From assembly GCA_964016885.1 (NCBI GenBank), contig OZ024740.1, positions 82,150,001 to 82,214,000 of the forward strand: 64,000 nucleotides of DNA. The letters run 5' to 3'. Below, piece by piece: positions 57,948 to 64,000 of this stretch. A program made the position numbers and the translations under genes. Under the pieces are notes generated by a model. The model was not told the origin of the DNA. It worked only from the letters and a program-made list of their open reading frames with translations, and searched no databases. The stretch comes from Eledone cirrhosa. Its lineage: Eukaryota. Position 1 is the stretch's first letter. Every line of letters begins with the position of its first letter.

Positions 57948-58985
57948 CACCGGAGGTGATGGGATCACCGGTTGTTATGTAACCATACATTCACCAATCC
58001 TCGATAAGAGTGTTTAAATGTTGAACATAAACAGTTCGAATAACGGTGAAGTTGAGACTGGAATATCATGTGACAGACTGTCACCCTGCAGGTGCTCCCT
58101 GGCTCAGCAGCAGGGACCTGGCTGTCAACCAAATACTGCTGGTGTCGGAGGAAGAAGAAGGAAAGGGACCAGAACCAACTGGTCAAAAGAATTGAATAGA
58201 ACTGTTATGCAATGTTACCTGAAGTGTAACTCCAAGGAGAAAGGCTATAGGAAACGGATGCATAACATCTGGAACGAGATTGGTATATTTAAATTAGCTG
58301 GTCAAAAATTGGCCGGGCGGGCTCGGGTAATAAGAATTAATTGGTGGATAAGCGAGCTGGAAATAGTGGAACTGAGCAGAGAGATCATGTTGGAAATAGA
58401 GGGTGGAGTATGCCAGGCAAACAAGCCAGTGGGAAATGAAGGTGAAGAGGTTCTCCGAAGCAGACAATGATCTGAATGCTGAACTAAATAATACCTGGAA
58501 CAAAGATAGGGCCATTGAGGAGATCAATGCTGACGGGCTAGGACAAGATTTGGTTGATATCCTAAACTTAGTAGTAGATGAAATGAACAATGATAGTGGG
58601 AAACCTATGAACCTCATATTTGTAGACATGAAAAGGTTAAAAGAAACAACAGCTAAGGCAAACAAAATCATCCCATACCTTGTGGCTAGGAGCCTTCACC
58701 AGTGCAACAATATCCTCAAAGCAACAGCAAATGCGCTGAGAAAATTACTTGGCATAAAAGCGAGAGGAAACAACAAACAAGATCAGAACCTTGGTGGAAG
58801 AAACGACTGAATGGCCAAATCAGGAAATGAAAAATGACATTGGAAAGCTTGAGTTCCTACTGAATGGGACACTAAAACCCATAGACACTAAAAATAGACT
58901 GGAAATAAAGTACAAAACTAGGAGGAAAAGACTAAATATTGTCATAGAGGAATGAAGCAACAAATTGTCGCAAAGAGTGCAAACG
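57948..58985 (+). mobile_element. Dong A 5' portion, 3'-truncated
   Basis: Starts caccggagg directly after TAA; ORFs 58018-58470 and 58403-58810. Confidence 0.9.
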
Positions 58986-59571
58986 CTTCAGTTCAAGGAA
59001 ATATATATATTCTAAAAAAAAAAAGATTTCTATCGCGACGATACTCTATTTACCATACTGATCCTTAACAACAGAAAGTTAAAAATGACGAAAAATAAAC
59101 CAATCAATTTTTTTAAGACCATATGACTGGAAGTCGAAATAGATAAGAATAGAAAAATAGGAACCTTCCAAGATGTTATGCGGCCACTACCTTTATCGGA
59201 AGCCAAAAGACAACCTAAAGTACGTTAATGGAAATTCGAACCAATCAATGTCGGTTTCGAGAGCCATCATAAATAGCGTCTGTCCGAGAATTTCCCATCT
59301 ATCAGCTAAAGAGAAAAATTCGTCAACTACGCAGATTATTACAATAGCGCCCTGACCAACGCCGGCTATATACATATCCAGGGAAAAGGAGACGGTGAAA
59401 GCGAATAACATAAAACATGGATACATTAGGAAACACACAGTCGGAACATAGACCATTGCTTCACGACCCACCATAGTCTAGACAACGCAGCCTCCTGACG
59501 GTCACATGGATGGAAAAAAACTCTAACAGAAAAATAAAGAAAACAGGAAAATACAAAATTCAAAACCTTTA

Positions 59572-62500
59572 TCAAGCTTCTGGGTAAACAACATTGTATG
59601 TTTTCTGTTTTGGTGCATAGACAAATAAATATTGTAAACTACCCACACTGGAGCAACCAACATAAAGTTGACCATGAGAATAGCAAGGCTCAATTACGTG
59701 CAAGCCAATGGATTTCAAAATCTGACCTTGAGATTTATTAATAGACATTGCGAAGCACAGTCGTACTGTGCATTGTGCTCCTTTGAACTCAAATGGCATG
59801 TATGTTGGTTTGATTGGAATTCTTGGAATGAAAACATCTTTCCCTCAGGCACATCCAGTGATGATGGTAGTTTCTATCACATTAGCTAATAATGTCTTCA
59901 CAATCAACCTTGTGCTATTGCATAATTTAAACTACTTACAGGCATTATTGACACTCTACCACCCGGAAATATTTATGTGAGGTGTTCCAGGTGGCTCAAG
60001 AGAATTAAGGAACTATGTTGGGGAGTGCGCGGCTTGATTTTCATCAAGGATTGAATCAACTGATATGTACTCCTTAATTCATGTTTAATCCTTGTTACTG
60101 TTTCATCTTTTTTAACAAAAATTGCCCTTTCACTCAACCATTGATGTGAATTATGATTATTACTTATGTCTGGAAATACCCTGTTCTTCATTTCATCTGG
60201 GATATTCAATATGGTAGCAATATGAGCCAAATTAGCGCCACTATTTCCAACAATTGGTACTTTCCCATTTCTTAATTGGATGATTCTGGTTGAAAACTGT
60301 TCTGCACATTGGTCCCCATGTAATAAAGCTCGCATGTTAGTATTGAAGGGGAATTTATGTACTTTATTCAATAGGTGCGAAGACTTAATGCATGCTTTTA
60401 TTTCAGCAGCTCTCGGAATGACTGGTAATGTCTGTCTGACGTCTCTTGATAAAACTAATGTCACTCATCCCACCTATTTATTGTTGCTACAGCAACTGCT
60501 ATTCTTTTTTGTTGGCTTACCTTGGTTAGAATCAAGTGTTACACATGTTTAACCTGTGCCACCTGGAGCATCAAGGAAGAGAATTCCTTCGCTTTTTTCT
60601 CTTACTGACGAAATCATTTTATCATATGCACAGCATTGTTCTGGGAGAAGTTTAGGTTCATGTTCATCACAAATGCAGCGAAAGTCTGTGATGTCATAAT
60701 CTGTCCCTCTTGCTATGTCTCTTGAAGTTAAAGCAGAAATTTGACAGTTTGTGTTTGGCAGTCCAGAACCAGATTCTTGTAAATGTTTGCCTCCCATCAC
60801 TAAAAACCTGAACCTCAATTTCCATCAGTGCTTGGTTTCAATTTCAGAGGGCTGAATATTGATATCTGGGTTTGCCTGTTGAACTGCATAATTTAAGCCC
60901 TCAGCCATATCCTTGCGATGTTTCATCCAAAGCTGTAGAGGACTGACAAGTAGTCATATGTTCAGCATAATTGCAAAAAAGTTAGGGAGTCTCCTTGGAG
61001 AATCTGACACTGATGCTTCAGTCAATGCAAAGTCCCAATGCTCATCATTCTCTAAAACACCTTGTTGATAGCATGCATCCCTATAAGTTTCACACATGCG
61101 ACCGTTTACGCTCCTCAAATCATGGAATGATTTGGGACCACGTACTTCATGTAAAAGGAGTCGTAAGTAGTAGCATTATGCTTGGCTTGTGTGGGCAATG
61201 TAAACTATTGCAAGAGCATCAGCACGAGTAATATTTGGGTAATTCTAGGTAAAGGAGTTTTCTTGTATATTTTCTTGATACAACTTAAAAAAGGCAATTA
61301 CTTTGGGTGAAAGTGCTTATGGCAAGGCTGTTTTTTTGTAAATATAACCCTTTCACCATTCTCTAGATGGACACTTAGATAACTGATGACTTGGTGTCTC
61401 TCATGAATAGGAAAATTAAAGATGCGCCAAAAAGCCTAAATGCTACTGATACAGTATATCTTCCTCACTCATACTGTACAACTTCGTCAATTTTATTTAT
61501 CTGCTGACTGCCATTCTGCATACGGATGTATGTTGCAACATCTAAATCTTTGTTTATATATTTGTAAATATGCTTAATAGACTTAACAGAGTTGCAGAAT
61601 TCAACATTGATATGGGCTTTGAAAGATTTTGTAAGAAGAAGACAGTAAGGTACAACCCACCGATTGTCAATGATGAATTCTTGTAGATCAAAGATTAACT
61701 CTTCTTTCAAATTTGGAAGGTTAAATGACCGTTGCAAAGCCTGCTCCTCGCAATTTGCCACAAAATATAGCCGTAATAACTGAGGATTTTTGCCTTGAGT
61801 TGGCAACAAAGGTCCAACAGGATGGTATACTTTACCTTGAACCTTAAAAATTGGCTTCATATTCTTCTCTCTTATAATATTGCTACCAAAGGAGGATATT
61901 TGGAAAGCAGAATTATAATTCCTAACGTTTTTCAAGAAGTACATACTCCCTGATGTGTTTCCCAAAATCAATGCCTTCAAAGTATCTAGGAGTGTACCAA
62001 AGGTCGGAAAAACAACCGTTCTTCCACCACAACACATAGAGGTGGTTTCTCTTACCCATTTATTTCTTTTGCAAACACTGCACTCTTTCCACATTGCCAC
62101 AACATCAATCAATTTCTGTGTAGAATAATCATGTTTTGGGATTATAATTGAAAGCTGCTCTTGAATGATACAACTCTTCTGTCAAAAGTATTCAGCACTA
62201 TCTTGATGAAGATGTTTACGTCTTTCTTCTGAAGATTGGTGAAGTCTTGCAACAACTGTTTGCTCCAGGTTTTTTCTTTGACTAATCACTCACTAACCTA
62301 TTAGCTCATTGTCAATTCTTGCAGTTTTCTTTGTCTTGCATCCTTTAAACACTTTTCTCTTTCCTTGTTTGACTCTAGACTGCTGCGAATTGCATTTTGT
62401 TGACGTAATTGTTCTAACCATTTTTCCCTTGCCTCTTGTAACTCATTAGCCCTGCGTGCAGCAGCGCTCCTCCAGTCGCAGGCATGTCTTTGCTGTCGTT

Positions 62501-62606
62501 GTACGGGGGACTCTAGTGACCTTGTTCTGGCTACCTGTTCTCGACTTTTCTTCGCGGTAGAAAAGTGATCATATACCCCATCTCCTTTTATAGAGACTGA
62601 AAGCAT
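59572..62606 (-). mobile_element. Decayed, internally deleted Helitron Rep-PIF1 helicase; termini not located
   Basis: Charged N-terminal repeats; MCCGG, YNSAFQ, IDNRWVVPY, AHINVEFCNSVKSIKHIYKYINK; FLDAPGGTG; DVRQTLPVIPR; FAMSINKSQGQ, SHGQLYVGCS. Confidence 0.9.
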
Positions 62607-64000
62607 TTTTCTCGGAAACTTTTTTGAAAATTAAAATGGGGATTAAATGAAAATATAAGTGAAACTTACGTGAATATCTTCACAAAAGTGATTGAAATAA
62701 ATGGCGATTGTGGAACGCCGCACGCACACACACACACGCACGGAAATGCACACGCACACACGTACACACACACGTACATGCTCGTACATGTTGATAGTTT
62801 TTACTTTCTGTGGAAAGCCACACGCGCACACACATATATACCACACACACACGCACGCATACAGGTACACACACACAAATATTATTAGTTATTTCTTTCC
62901 TTCCCCTCTTATTTCCACACACACATCACACACGCATGTATCTACACTGACACATACAGTATAACACATCCAGCGTCTCTCCCGCTTTCCTACTCTCTTT
63001 CAAATTCTCATATAGAAACTTGTTTTTCTCTCTGTTTCTTTCTCTCTTTTATCTGTCTTTCTCTCGCTCACAAATATTCTCTCTCCCTCTATAACACTTC
63101 ATCTCTTTTAGTCTAGGTCTGTTTCTCTCTCTCTCTCCCTCTCTTTCTCTATCTATCTATCTCTCTTTTTCTAATTTATTCACACACTCTCACTATTTAC
63201 ATTTCTCCCTGTATCGAAAGACGTTGTGATGAATGAGCTGATGGAGCAGGAGATGAAAAGAGTTACTTCCTCACTTTGCCCCTCTGTTTCTTTCCCTCCC
63301 CACTCTCTCCCTCAATGGAATTATGCACAGACATATGTTAATATACACATATATAGAGAGATTATTGTTATTAGACATATCGTGGTGATATTTCGTTTTA
63401 GTGTTCTTTTATTGCCATATTATATGATATAATATTATGCGACCTTACCTCATTTATATTACTAGCAGAAAAACCACCCTTATATGCATGTAGATATGAT
63501 ACATCAAATAAAATCGTAATTGACAATATACACAGACTTTGAACGAAGACTCTGTTAATCTTTCTAATGTAATCAGTAACGTAATCCATGTTGCATTAAC
63601 AAAATTATATATCTGCTAGCATGTGTAGTGTGTATATCGCACTAACCAGAGGTATATGATTTTAAAGCGATGGAATACCAATGAAGGTTGGAAGATCACT
63701 GATGAAGGACTAACTTTATTCATATGTAACACAATTGCAACCACGCAGCACGTTTGTTTTCATATTCACACATATATTTTCCTCCGCTGTGACCTGTCTA
63801 TTTCGTTCTTACTGCTTCCTTTTTCTCTGTATCTTTCACCTCCCTTTACCCTCTTTAACAGTCACTCTCTCTGTTAGCCTCTTCCTCACCCTTCACTCAC
63901 TCACTCTCTGCTACTACCTCTCCTACTTCCTCCCGTTTGACCTGTGCGTAATTCTTTTCTCGCGCACGCTTGACCAGGCTGGTTGTTCCTTTTTTCTCTC

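Noticed and set aside
63460-63640. Helitron-type ACTAG terminus
   Set aside because: No convincing subterminal hairpin, and it lies on the wrong side to end the RepHel element

Overview
Repeat-dominated eukaryotic (animal) DNA. It is probably an octopus or other cephalopod intron or intergenic region, inferred from the SINE types and microsatellite load and not confirmed. No intact host gene is recognisable; two in-phase candidate exons lie at about 36.2 and 37.2 kb on the minus strand. The window has two transposon 'niches'. (1) (TAA)n/(ATT)n clusters at 1-10.9 kb and 41.3-59 kb are packed with R4/Dong-clade RLE retrotransposons (TAA tails, head-to-tail arrays), Tx1/L1-like APE retrotransposons and a SINE family. 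The Tx1-like elements and SINEs use the opposite (ATT) strand of the same microsatellite. (2) A (TA)n-rich zone at about 11-41 kb holds Penelope-like element remnants (GIY-YIG, inverted pLTRs) and roughly a dozen hammerhead-ribozyme motifs, three of them structurally complete or nearly so. A decayed Helitron occupies about 59.5-62.6 kb. The most unusual observations are a recurring Tx1-like leader with splice-like signals fused to the Dong ORF, the strand-partitioned sharing of the microsatellite, hammerheads with very long stem II inserts, and a retrozyme-like 1-kb direct-repeat unit. All calls come from reading the sequence; no searches or folding programs were run.
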